A stretch of DNA of 64,000 nucleotides, from assembly GCA_029941115.1 (NCBI GenBank), contig JAPYRK010000002.1:37298-101297 (forward strand), given 5' to 3'. Shown piece by piece: positions 30,182 through 40,009 of the stretch. The notes below the pieces were generated by a model. It saw only the letters and a program-made list of their open reading frames with translations, was not told the DNA's origin and did no database searches. Numbering within the stretch: the first letter of the stretch is position 1; every line of letters begins with the position of its first letter. Source of the DNA: Dehalococcoidia bacterium (GTDB lineage: Bacteria > Chloroflexota > Dehalococcoidia > UBA2979). The position numbers and the translations under genes are program-made.

Positions 30182-30985
30182 TTAGTAAAAAGTATTTCCT
30201 TCAGGCAAAGTTGACTCTGCACCGGTTTCCTGCCGAGTCTCATTAAGATCTGCCACTGCACGTGCACGCATGAATCCCGAATCTGTGCCAAGAGTGACCA
30301 TCTGAAAGCCCGCCTTCAACCACTTTTTAGTAAACTCAGCGCTACCCGTGTGTATACCGGGTGTGACACCATGCCTTCGGCATGCTGCATAAATTTCCAT
30401 TACTTTGGCTTCATGATTTGCATCTCGATTATCGCCGGTGGGCTCCATTCCTAGAGCATAGGCAAGATCCGAGGGTCCAATGTATGCCGCGTCCACGCCA
30501 GGAGTGGAGAGAATTTCATCCAATTTTTCCAAGGCTTCAGCGGTTTCAATCATGCAAATGACGGCGATTTCACTATTTGCTTGCTGTTGATAGTCCAGTC
30601 CACCATAAATCGCAGCACGTGTCGGACCTGATGATCTTCCTCCCTCAGGTGGATATTTCGCAGCCCAAACCGCACGTTCAGCTTCCTCTCGGTTATTAAC
30701 CAACGGGACAATCACGCCATAAGCTCCTGCGTCCAATACCTTCATTATGGTTGCGGGATCATTCCACGGAACACGAACAAAAGGAGTCGTTGCAGTAGTG
30801 GAAATTGCCCGGAACATTTCAATAGAATCCGCGTAGTCTATCGCACCATGTTGCATATCAACACAAAGCCAATCAAAGCCGACATTGGCCATAATCTCGG
30901 CACTGTGTCCATCAGGAATGGCCAACCATGCCCCAACCGTTGGTTTATCGTTTCGCCATGCTTCTAAAACTCTATTTGGCCGCAT
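30182..30985 (-). CDS. HpcH/HpaI family 2-keto-3-deoxy-acid aldolase
   Basis: TIM-barrel aldolase signature (WLCVDMQHG, metal-binding IETAEAL...D). Confidence 0.75.
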   Translation of the reverse strand: MRPNRVLEAWRNDKPTVGAWLAIPDGHSAEIMANVGFDWLCVDMQHGAIDYADSIEMFRAISTTATTPFVRVPWNDPATIMKVLDAGAYGVIVPLVNNREEAERAVWAAKYPPEGGRSSGPTRAAIYGGLDYQQQANSEIAVICMIETAEALEKLDEILSTPGVDAAYIGPSDLAYALGMEPTGDNRDANHEAKVMEIYAACRRHGVTPGIHTGSAEFTKKWLKAGFQMVTLGTDSGFMRARAVADLNETRQETGAESTLPEGNTFY

Positions 30986-31066
30986 TTCTCACCTCACGCT
31001 ACTTAGCTCTTCACTCTATTCGTTTCAGAAAGTTAACTGATCTTCGAAGCTAATGTCTTGTAATGA

Positions 31067-32083
31067 TTAAACTAATAGTTTTTTAGGAATCACTTGATCT
31101 TTATTCGGAACGGTGGCGACGCTTGTCGGCCATCTTCCTGCGATAACCTCGGCAACAGTTTGACCTACTCGGTTCTTTATATTCGTGTTAGACCTTTCTG
31201 AGTAAAAAGCTGAATGAGGAGTCAAAACGACATTATCCATAGAAAGTAATTTCGAATCGACGCTCAGCGGCTCTGGATCAAATACATCAAGCCCAGCACC
31301 TAATATCTCTCCTGACTCGAGCGCACTGATTAGATCTTCTTGATTATGAACCGGTCCACGTGCAGTGTTTACGTATATCGCAGTTGATTTCATTCTTCTG
31401 AAAGCTTCCTCGTTCATAAGACCTCTGGTTTCATCATTCAGAGGTGTGTGCACCGTCACATGATTCGCAAGTTCTAAAAGCTCTTCCAATGAGTTCGCAC
31501 GCGTCACTTGTGTCTCAATGAACGTAGAATCCGACAAGTAGGGATCAAAAGCCATGACGTTCATTCCGATACCCTTAGCACGCGTTGCCATTTGTCGGCC
31601 AATATTGCCCAAAGCAACTATACCCAGAGTCTCCCCCGTAAGCGGAGGTGAATATCCTAGCGAAACTCCTCTGTAATTGCCCTCGCGAATCGAGCGATCG
31701 TGCGTCACAACCTTTCTAGCAACCGACAGCAACAAAAGTAACGCATGGTTAGCGACCTCTGGCTGGCAAAAATCAGGGTAATGTGCCACTATGACACCTC
31801 GTTCCGTAGCAGCTGGAATATCCACACTATCGAGCCCCACGCCATATCGAATTATTAGTTGCAGGTCGGGGCAGTGGTCCAACAGATCACCATCAATTTT
31901 TGCCCCTCCCACCAACACTGCATTCGCAGACTTTAATAGGTCCGCACGCTCTTCCTGACTTGTGGCTTTTTTGATGAGAAGAGAACCACCGGCAGACTCT
32001 ATTATTTCTCGCTCAATCCGAAAGAAACTCGGATCGTCAGATTCCGTCTGGATCGCCAAAAAATTCCCGACTTTCGAAGCCAT
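31067..32083 (-). CDS. D-isomer-specific 2-hydroxyacid dehydrogenase (PGDH/glycerate DH-like)
   Basis: NAD-binding GNIGRQ and the catalytic R/E/H arrangement; 338 aa. Confidence 0.75.
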   Translation of the reverse strand: MASKVGNFLAIQTESDDPSFFRIEREIIESAGGSLLIKKATSQEERADLLKSANAVLVGGAKIDGDLLDHCPDLQLIIRYGVGLDSVDIPAATERGVIVAHYPDFCQPEVANHALLLLLSVARKVVTHDRSIREGNYRGVSLGYSPPLTGETLGIVALGNIGRQMATRAKGIGMNVMAFDPYLSDSTFIETQVTRANSLEELLELANHVTVHTPLNDETRGLMNEEAFRRMKSTAIYVNTARGPVHNQEDLISALESGEILGAGLDVFDPEPLSVDSKLLSMDNVVLTPHSAFYSERSNTNIKNRVGQTVAEVIAGRWPTSVATVPNKDQVIPKKLLV

Positions 32084-32230
32084 TTATATTCTCACTTTCT
32101 GGCCAAACACTATAAGGTCAGCATACAGCCATTCAGAGTCTACGCTCCCTGAAGTTAACTCTGATTTTCGTAACATATGCCATGCTACACTCGTCTTTGG
32201 CAAATATAAATACTTAGATTGGAACTTGAG

Positions 32231-33325
32231 ATGACCCAAGCACTTAGTGTAATCAAGGCAGATATCGGTGGAATGGTCGGGCATTCATCTATGCATCCGG
32301 ATATTCTCGCTCATGGTCGAGAACAAATTGAGCAAGCTGTCCAAAATGGCCTTTTAATTGATGGACAAGCACATGCATGTGGTGACGATCTGTTCCTAAT
32401 TATGTCGCATGATAGAGGTCAGGATGACGAAACACTCCACAAATTCGCCTGGGATACTTTTCAGTCTGGAACTGACGTCGCGCGAAAACTTCATCTCTAC
32501 GGTGCGGGACAAGATCTGCTCGTAGATGCCTTTAGTGGCAACATTCGAGGAGCCGGTCCCGGCTCAGCTGAACTAGAATTCGTCGAACGACCGTCAGAGC
32601 CGGTTATTGTATTCATGGGCGACAAAACATCTGCGGGATCGTTCAACCTACCATTCTACAAAATGTTTGCTGATCCTTTTAACACAGCGGGACTCGTTAT
32701 AGCTGAAAGTCTGCATGACGGATTCGCGTTCGAGGTGCATGACATAGCTAATAACAAAAAAGCCGTGTTCCAATCTCCCGAAGAAATATACGACTTACTC
32801 GTGTTCATCGGCTCACCGGCACATTATGCCGTGAAACGAATTGTAGCCAGATCAACCGGCGAAGTTGCCGGCGTATCCTCCACTGATAAACTCTCGCTAA
32901 TTGCGGGAAGGTATGTGGGTAAAGATGATCCGACCGCTATAGTTCGATGCCAGGGCGCCTTTCCAGCAGTTGGAGAAGTCCTAGAAGCATTTACTACGCC
33001 ATGGATAGTCGAAGGTTTTATGCGTGGTTCCCACTATGGACCCTGGATGCCCGTATCACTTGAAAATGCAAATCCTTCAAGATTCGACGGGCCACCTAGA
33101 ATAGTTGCGCTAGGTTTTCAACTTGCTGACGGTAAACTCGTTGGACCGCGAGATATGTTTGATGATCCTTCATTCGATCCTGCACGGGCCGAAGCCAATG
33201 TTATTTCCGATATCCTTCGAAAACACGGTCCGTTCGAGCCACATCGGCTACCACTGGATGAGATGGAATATACAACAATGCCCGCTGTTGCGGCGAAGAT
33301 GGCAGATAGATGGACTGAGATCTAG
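32231..33325 (+). CDS. fbp: bifunctional fructose-1,6-bisphosphate aldolase/phosphatase (class V FBPase)
   Basis: N-terminus TQALSVIKADIGG...HP, internal GDD, YGAGQDLL, GNIRGAGPG, FMGDKT.PG..NLP.YKMFADPFNT all track the archaeal FBPA/P closely. The in-frame ORF begins at 32219. Confidence 0.85.
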   Translation: MTQALSVIKADIGGMVGHSSMHPDILAHGREQIEQAVQNGLLIDGQAHACGDDLFLIMSHDRGQDDETLHKFAWDTFQSGTDVARKLHLYGAGQDLLVDAFSGNIRGAGPGSAELEFVERPSEPVIVFMGDKTSAGSFNLPFYKMFADPFNTAGLVIAESLHDGFAFEVHDIANNKKAVFQSPEEIYDLLVFIGSPAHYAVKRIVARSTGEVAGVSSTDKLSLIAGRYVGKDDPTAIVRCQGAFPAVGEVLEAFTTPWIVEGFMRGSHYGPWMPVSLENANPSRFDGPPRIVALGFQLADGKLVGPRDMFDDPSFDPARAEANVISDILRKHGPFEPHRLPLDEMEYTTMPAVAAKMADRWTEI

Positions 33326-33358
33326 GCGATTTACTCACCCACGAATTGCAAATTCAAT

Positions 33359-33970
33359 ATGATAATTCCTAAGCTCGTTGTTGCGACCACTAATGCAGGA
33401 AAGCTTAAAGAATTCAAAGAAATTCTGGGCGACTCGTTATTTCAGGTGATCAGTCCAAGGGAACTAGAGATTGAGTCCCCAGACATCATTGAAACCGGTA
33501 GATCCTATGCAGGTAATGCACTAGCAAAGGCTACAGCTATGTCCAAGCTCACCGGCCTAGCCACAATTGCCGACGACAGTGGCCTAGAAATCGACGCTCT
33601 CAATGGCGCACCGGGACCTGTTTCTGCGCGCTATGGGATGAATTTGTACAACAAAAGCATTAAGAATGACGAAGACCGCAATATGTTAATCTTGGAGCGG
33701 TTAAGAGATATACCGATTTCTGGTCGTTCGGCCCGATTTCGTACCTGTATAGCTCTAGTCTTGCCAGGAAATCTTCCCACTACTCGAGAGGGACTATGTG
33801 AAGGAAGAATTGCACTCGAGCCCCAGGGCGGAAATGGTTTTGGATATGACCCGATATTTCTAATCCGTGATGGTCGCTCATTCGCGGAGCTGGGATCTTA
33901 TAAAAATGAGATATCGCATCGGGCCAAAGCGCTCTTCGCCATCCGATCAGTGCTTGAAAAATTTAACTGA
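33359..33970 (+). CDS. rdgB: non-canonical purine NTP pyrophosphatase (RdgB/Ham1)
   Basis: KLVVATTNAGKLKEF and the FGYDP motif. Confidence 0.85.
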   Translation: MIIPKLVVATTNAGKLKEFKEILGDSLFQVISPRELEIESPDIIETGRSYAGNALAKATAMSKLTGLATIADDSGLEIDALNGAPGPVSARYGMNLYNKSIKNDEDRNMLILERLRDIPISGRSARFRTCIALVLPGNLPTTREGLCEGRIALEPQGGNGFGYDPIFLIRDGRSFAELGSYKNEISHRAKALFAIRSVLEKFN

Positions 33971-33979
33971 GAGGTATTA

Positions 33980-34774
33980 ATGGAAAATCATCTCGACTTA
34001 ATGTTTCAAGAATTAGAGAAAGATAAAAAAACGGCCATGATTCCATTTTTACCGGCTGGCTGGCCGGAGCTCGATTCCACTACAAAAATAGTTGATGCCG
34101 CAGTCCGTGGAGGCGCAAATGCAGTGGAGCTAGGCTGGGCTTTCAGTGATCCTCTTGGAGATGGACCAGTCAATCAAGTTGCTTATAACCGCGCAATACG
34201 AAACGGCAGTAGCGGCTCGAGCATACTCCAAAATGTCTCTGAAATAAGAAACAAACACAGCCGTTTACCAATAATTGTGATGGGCTATGCTAATCCCCTT
34301 CTATCCTACGGTGTTGAAAAATGGGCATCTGACGCTAAGGCGGCGGGTGTAGACGGTTTAATTTGTGTTGATCTGCCGCCGCAAGAAGCGATCGAAATTT
34401 CCGGTGTCTTAAAGCAGTCAAACATACACCCAATATTTCTTCTGGCACCAACTTCCACTGATGAACGAATTGAGCTAATAGCTTCATATGGAACAGGTAT
34501 GATCTACTGTGTATCTGTAGTGGGAATAACCGGTGCACGTAGGGCTTTATCTTCTGAACTGCCAGAGTTTATAAAACGAGTTAAAGAAAAAACCAACGTT
34601 CCACTTGCTGTTGGATTTGGGATATCGGATGCCGATCATGTTGTTTCAGTAGGAAACATTGCTGAAGCGGCGGTAGTAGGAAGTGCATTTGTTGAAGCGA
34701 TATCGAACGCACAAGATAATGATTATGAAGCAGCAGCTGAAAAATTCATAACAGCGCTAGTGAACGGAGGGTAG
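33980..34774 (+). CDS. trpA: tryptophan synthase alpha chain
   Basis: IPF(L)xAGxP, AVELG...SDPLGDGP, and GFGIS motifs. Confidence 0.75.
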   Translation: MENHLDLMFQELEKDKKTAMIPFLPAGWPELDSTTKIVDAAVRGGANAVELGWAFSDPLGDGPVNQVAYNRAIRNGSSGSSILQNVSEIRNKHSRLPIIVMGYANPLLSYGVEKWASDAKAAGVDGLICVDLPPQEAIEISGVLKQSNIHPIFLLAPTSTDERIELIASYGTGMIYCVSVVGITGARRALSSELPEFIKRVKEKTNVPLAVGFGISDADHVVSVGNIAEAAVVGSAFVEAISNAQDNDYEAAAEKFITALVNGG

Positions 34775-34776
34775 TC

Positions 34777-35142
34777 ATGAGAGTAAGAGGTGTAAGGGGC
34801 GCAACTACAACATCGTCTAATACCCAGGAAGAAATTCTTCAAGCATCTCAAGAACTCTTGACTGAACTAGTGAATAGAAACGGAATAGAAATCGACGATG
34901 TTGCCTCGATTTTCTTTTCTACAACTCCCGACTTAAATGCTGAATTTCCTGCGGTTGCCGCACGAAAGATAGGTTTTACAAACGCAGCGCTTGAATGCCT
35001 AGTCGAACTGAATGTCAAGGGATCACTGCAAAAATGCATTCGCATACTAATGCATATTAATACCAACTTATCTCAGCAAGAAATACAACATGTTTACCTA
35101 AGAGATGCCAAATCGCTGCGCGTCGACTTATCGGAGAAATAA
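34777..35142 (+). CDS. aroH: AroH-class monofunctional chorismate mutase
   Basis: MRVRGVRGATT...TPDLNAEFPA...KCIRILMHI...QHVYL aligns along its length with B. subtilis AroH (121 aa). Confidence 0.8.
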   Translation: MRVRGVRGATTTSSNTQEEILQASQELLTELVNRNGIEIDDVASIFFSTTPDLNAEFPAVAARKIGFTNAALECLVELNVKGSLQKCIRILMHINTNLSQQEIQHVYLRDAKSLRVDLSEK

Positions 35143-35160
35143 TCTGATTGTCAGTGAATT

Positions 35161-35949
35161 ATGGTAGATAACAAAACAAACCATATCGAGAATTCGCAGA
35201 ATTCGTTGGAAACAAGAAATCTCTTTCTAATAAACAGTGATGGGTATAGTGGTCCCCTCAACGCACTTTTAGAAATTGTTGAACACCACGAACTAGATAT
35301 CAATATTGTCTCCCTAGCATCAGTCGCATCACAGTTCGTGGAGTATGTATCGCAAGTCAAAAACAAAGGCGAAATATCAGTAGAACAAATATCTCAATAC
35401 GTACTGATTGCATCCCGCCTTTTACTGCTTAAGTCCCGCTCACTTCTCCCAGAAGTTGAGCAAGAGGAGCAAGAGGAGGAAGCCCCAGATATATTAGCTC
35501 TAATTGACGCTTTGAAAGAGTACCGAAAATTTGCTCAAGCTGCCGATCTATTGAGTAATAAGGAGGGTTCTGTCAGCTATCCACGGTCTCCTAAACCAAT
35601 TATTAATTCATCAAAATTAGAAATTCCAACAGGGTTAGATGGGATTACTCTGCAATCACTTGTAGAGATCATTGGAGATGTACTGGAGCGTCTACCTGAG
35701 GAGGAGGATTCTCTAGAACTTGAACGTGAACCTATTATCCTTGCTGACAGAATAAATCGAATTGAAAAATTATTCGACGATTCTATGACATCCAAAATCT
35801 CATTCCGATCGATAATTGAATCTGCCTCAACACGAGCGGAAGTCATCGTAGATTTTCTGGCGGTGTTGGAACTGATTAAATCCCAAACAATCAAGGCAGG
35901 TCAATCCGAGAGATTTGGTGAAATATATCTAGAGAGGTTGTCCACATAG
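35161..35949 (+). CDS. scpA: segregation and condensation protein A
   Basis: Kleisin N-terminus (GPLNALLEIVEHHELDINIVSLASVASQF) and C-terminal winged helix. Confidence 0.75.
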   Translation: MVDNKTNHIENSQNSLETRNLFLINSDGYSGPLNALLEIVEHHELDINIVSLASVASQFVEYVSQVKNKGEISVEQISQYVLIASRLLLLKSRSLLPEVEQEEQEEEAPDILALIDALKEYRKFAQAADLLSNKEGSVSYPRSPKPIINSSKLEIPTGLDGITLQSLVEIIGDVLERLPEEEDSLELEREPIILADRINRIEKLFDDSMTSKISFRSIIESASTRAEVIVDFLAVLELIKSQTIKAGQSERFGEIYLERLST

Positions 35950-36044
35950 GCCGTTTAATTCTTTATGTGTAACTTGCCACAATTAGCCTTTGGCACTTTA
36001 TCAGAAGCTTATGGAAGATTAATATCAAACATCCAAACTGATTT

Positions 36045-36998
36045 GTGGGAAGATTAGGAAATTCTGTGTTGAAAACTCGCAAAGAGTTAAACAAAACCGT
36101 AACGGCTGGGAAGCACGCTATCTCTATCGGTATATTTGATGGTGTTCATAGAGGCCATTTAGCACTAGTCGATAAAATGCTAACTGAAGGAAAGGCACGA
36201 GGTCTAACAGGCGGTGTCGTAACCTTCTACCCTCACCCCGTCGCTGTAATACGGCCGGATATTGAATTCACCTACCTGACATCGTTACAAAATCGAATTG
36301 ACCTGATCCAGAACGCTGGTGTCGAGTTCGTTTCTGTACTCGAGTTCGACGATCAACTGCAGCAGGTATCAGCTAGAACTTTTTGTGAAATGCTAATCGA
36401 GGAGGTCCAAATGGAACTCCTTGTTGTGGGAGACGATTTTAGGCTGGGACGAAATGGCGAAGGTGATATTAAAATTTTAAGAAATATTGGATTAGAACTC
36501 GGGTTTGAGGTCATTAACGTTCCACTTGTTCGAGAAAGCACCTCCAAAGTTTCATCTACCCGTATTCGCGAAGCGCTTTCGTCTGGTTCTATGGAGGAGG
36601 TCGGTTCACTGATGGGACATCGGTATCAACTCGACGGTCCAGTCATTCAGGGAGATCAAAGGGGACGAACTATTGGATTTCCCACCTTGAACGTAGATAT
36701 AGCGGCAGACCGATCGATCCCCCCCAACGGGGTTTACATAACAGAAACATTTATCAAAGGTAAAAAACTAGCGTCCATCACCAACATCGGATCACGACCA
36801 ACTTTTACGATAGAATCCAAGAATCACCTTGAAACTCATCTCTTCGACTTTAATGAAGATGTCTATGGTGAGCATGCCACCGTCGAATTCATTTCACGCC
36901 TAAGAGATGAAAAAAAATTCAACTCTGGAGATGAGCTAGTCCTGCAAATCAAAAATGATGTAAAAAAAGCGCTGGACTACTTTAGTAATATTGGGTAG
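36045..36998 (+). CDS. ribF: bifunctional riboflavin kinase / FMN adenylyltransferase
   Basis: IGIFDGVHRGH FAD-synthetase motif and C-terminal riboflavin kinase (GFPTLN, E..LFDF). GTG start at 36045; a later start near 36066 is possible. Confidence 0.8.
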   Translation: MGRLGNSVLKTRKELNKTVTAGKHAISIGIFDGVHRGHLALVDKMLTEGKARGLTGGVVTFYPHPVAVIRPDIEFTYLTSLQNRIDLIQNAGVEFVSVLEFDDQLQQVSARTFCEMLIEEVQMELLVVGDDFRLGRNGEGDIKILRNIGLELGFEVINVPLVRESTSKVSSTRIREALSSGSMEEVGSLMGHRYQLDGPVIQGDQRGRTIGFPTLNVDIAADRSIPPNGVYITETFIKGKKLASITNIGSRPTFTIESKNHLETHLFDFNEDVYGEHATVEFISRLRDEKKFNSGDELVLQIKNDVKKALDYFSNIG

Positions 36999-38232
36999 GG
37001 ATTTCATGAACAAACCTAGAACCATGGCTCCGGTATCTGACCAGCTAACTATCTTGATGGATGGTGTCGATCTAGGTTCAGCGACTTTGCAAAATGCTAT
37101 GGAAAGCGAACTAATAGCTCTACTCGAAGAGGATCGCCCACTCACAGTATATTGTGGGTATGACCCAACAGCGACTGATCTCCATTTAGGTCATATTCCA
37201 ACCATGGTTAAACTTCGTCAATTTCAGAATTTTGGTCACCGAGTGATATTTCTTATAGGTTCCTTCACCGCTCAGGTTGGAGATCCAACTGGAAAGCAAT
37301 CAACTCGTCCTATGCTGGATGAGGAGGCTGTTCAGGCCTTCAGTCAGTCCTATATTGACCAGGCCTTCATAATTCTTGATGCTGAAAAAACGGAAGTTCT
37401 CTACAATCACGAATGGCTTGCTCCCCTAAACTTTGCTGATGTCATAAAACTAGCGGCTGAGTTCTCGGTAGGACACTTTCTGCAACACAGTACATTTCGG
37501 GATCGAATACAAAAGGGTGACTCAATTAGACTTAGTGAGTTTATGTACGCTATCCTCCAAGCTTATGATGCTCTGCACATGAAAACTGATATCCAAATAG
37601 GTGGAAGTGACCAAATATTCAATATCGTGGATGTCGGTAGAACCCTCCAAACATCAAGAGGACAAAAGCCTCAAGTCGCTCTGACTCTGCCAATATTAGT
37701 TGGAACGGACGGCAGAGAAAAAATGTCAAAATCACTTGGTAATACCATTGGATTGCAGGATGCACCTAATGACATGTTCGGCAAAGTCATGTCTCTCCCC
37801 GATCAAGCGCTAGATCAATATGCTCGCCTCGTAACAAATTTACATCCGACGGAAGTTAACACACTTCTTAAGAATATTGAAGAAAAAAAAGTAAGCCCAA
37901 TTGAGGCTAAGAAAAAAGTAGCCGCAGAAGTAGTGAAACTTATTTATTCCTTCGACGAAGCAATAGCTGCCGAGAAATACTTTGAGAACACTTTCCAAAA
38001 AAAACAGGAGCCTATCGATGATGCTCCTGAGTACGTGTTATCTGAGGACAAGAGGCTGATTAGTGTAATTATGGAAAGTATGAATTACAGCGGCGGCGAG
38101 GCGAGGCGCATAGTGAACCAAGGTGCGGTCAAGATAAATGACCAGAAAGCCCAAGACATAAATTTTATCCTCTCGGATGGCGATTTCATAAAAATAGGCC
38201 GTCACACGTTTTTTCGCATTAGAGAAAATTAA
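36991..38232 (+). CDS. tyrS: tyrosine--tRNA ligase
   Basis: HIGH-type motif (DLHLGH), KMSKS motif, C-terminal S4 domain; overlaps the ribF end by 8 nt. Confidence 0.85.
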   Translation: MGRDFMNKPRTMAPVSDQLTILMDGVDLGSATLQNAMESELIALLEEDRPLTVYCGYDPTATDLHLGHIPTMVKLRQFQNFGHRVIFLIGSFTAQVGDPTGKQSTRPMLDEEAVQAFSQSYIDQAFIILDAEKTEVLYNHEWLAPLNFADVIKLAAEFSVGHFLQHSTFRDRIQKGDSIRLSEFMYAILQAYDALHMKTDIQIGGSDQIFNIVDVGRTLQTSRGQKPQVALTLPILVGTDGREKMSKSLGNTIGLQDAPNDMFGKVMSLPDQALDQYARLVTNLHPTEVNTLLKNIEEKKVSPIEAKKKVAAEVVKLIYSFDEAIAAEKYFENTFQKKQEPIDDAPEYVLSEDKRLISVIMESMNYSGGEARRIVNQGAVKINDQKAQDINFILSDGDFIKIGRHTFFRIREN

Positions 38233-38242
38233 TATGACTAAA

Positions 38243-39940
38243 TTAGTTACTGCTGCGGACTTGCAAATCAATAATCTCTAGCTCCAAAGAAGACCCATAT
38301 AATCGACCGTACGTTGCCACATTCCTCTTAAATCTATACGCCAAATCAAAACGCTGTCCTCCAAAAGTGGAATATTCTCCAAAGCCCCAACCAATAGCCT
38401 GCCACGTTTGACTACCATTAGTGAATGTGGCTCGGAGGTGGCTGGAATTCTTACCGATCGCCCTAGAATCACTCATCAAGACATCTGGCGCAAAAAATAC
38501 CGGCTTATTATTTCCGATTCCATGCGGTTCAAATAGCGCTAAATATTGTAGAAATTTATCATCAATCAAATCAAATGGAAGATTGAGATCAAGCGTCAAA
38601 TTTCGAGCCTCTAAGTCACCTGGCTCTGAAAATAATTCGAGTGCGTACAATCTCTCGTCCAAGGCCATCAGTTTTGATTTCTCTATCGAAAAACCTGCTG
38701 CAGCTCGATGTCCACCGAACTTTAGCAGTAAATCTGACACTTCCCGCAGTGGTCTCAGTATGTCAAATCCATCTATCGACCTGCATGAAGCTCGAGCCTC
38801 GTCACCTGAAGTGTCAATAACTATTGCTGGTCTGTTGTACACATCCGCTATGCGTGAGGCACACAGGCCTATGATGCCAGCGCCAATATAATCTGACGCC
38901 ACAACTAAAATTTCAGGGATTTCCTCCCGATATTTGGCTCGGATAATATCATCACTAATTGCCACCGCAGCCTCAGTTTCTTTTCTACGAAATTTATTAA
39001 GATCATCCAACCGTCTTGCCAGTATGTGAGAGTTATCCGAGTTCGTAGAAATTAATAGATCAAATGCCAGATCTGCGTGCGCCATTCTGCCAGCAGCATT
39101 CAATCGAGGACCGAGAATCCAGCCAATACTTTCCGCATCAATGTCGGCTTCGGCTAAACCGGCAACTTCACAAAGAGCCTTGATACCAGATCTTGAAGTC
39201 CTCCGAAGTGCACTTATACCCAACCTAACAAGATCACGACTCTCTCCTCGTAAGGGAGCCATATCACAGACCATCCCTAAGCCCACTAAATCAAGGAATC
39301 TGTCCGCATCAAACATCACCTGCATCTCACTGAACAACACTTCCATCACTTTATACGCAACACCGACTGCCGCCGGCTCTGAACCATACGAATTATCAAA
39401 AAGTAGCGGATTAACTATTGCGTAAGCTTCAGGCAGCTCATTAGGAATCGCGTGATGATCGATTACCACAACATCCATATCTAGGCCGTTAGCTTCTTGA
39501 ACCTCTGTTACAGCGGATGTACCTGTATCTGCAGTCACCAGAAGACTTGTACCCATATCTGCAATCCGACGGACTGACCGAGAGTTCGGTCCATACCCAT
39601 CGATATTCCTATCGGGAATATAGGATTCCACGTGGGCCCCGAGCTCCCGTAAACCCTCCACAAGAAGAACTGATGACGTCACTCCATCAACATCATAATC
39701 TCCAAAAACCACGACATTTTCGGAATTCTTACAGGCCTGCATAAGCCGTTCAACTGCAGGGCGTAAATTCGGCATTAAATCAGGATCTGTAAGTATTTTA
39801 GGTGAACCCAAGAAAATACGAGCCTTCTGAGTCGTATCAATATCACGCAACATCAACAACTTTCTTATCGATACAGGTAAGTCAGGACCTGCATCCTCAA
39901 AACCGCTAAGGTCTGGCTCCGGTGTTATAATCCAGTCCAA
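38243..39940 (-). CDS. recJ: single-stranded-DNA-specific exonuclease RecJ
   Basis: DHH motifs (GDYDVDG, VVIDHH) and DHHA1 (GGHRAAAG). Confidence 0.85.
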   Translation of the reverse strand: MDWIITPEPDLSGFEDAGPDLPVSIRKLLMLRDIDTTQKARIFLGSPKILTDPDLMPNLRPAVERLMQACKNSENVVVFGDYDVDGVTSSVLLVEGLRELGAHVESYIPDRNIDGYGPNSRSVRRIADMGTSLLVTADTGTSAVTEVQEANGLDMDVVVIDHHAIPNELPEAYAIVNPLLFDNSYGSEPAAVGVAYKVMEVLFSEMQVMFDADRFLDLVGLGMVCDMAPLRGESRDLVRLGISALRRTSRSGIKALCEVAGLAEADIDAESIGWILGPRLNAAGRMAHADLAFDLLISTNSDNSHILARRLDDLNKFRRKETEAAVAISDDIIRAKYREEIPEILVVASDYIGAGIIGLCASRIADVYNRPAIVIDTSGDEARASCRSIDGFDILRPLREVSDLLLKFGGHRAAAGFSIEKSKLMALDERLYALELFSEPGDLEARNLTLDLNLPFDLIDDKFLQYLALFEPHGIGNNKPVFFAPDVLMSDSRAIGKNSSHLRATFTNGSQTWQAIGWGFGEYSTFGGQRFDLAYRFKRNVATYGRLYGSSLELEIIDLQVRSSN

Positions 39941-40009
39941 ATTTTACTCTCAACTTACTAGCAGTTGACTCGACTAAACAGCGAGACAAGTGTTGACGCT
40001 AATTATCCA

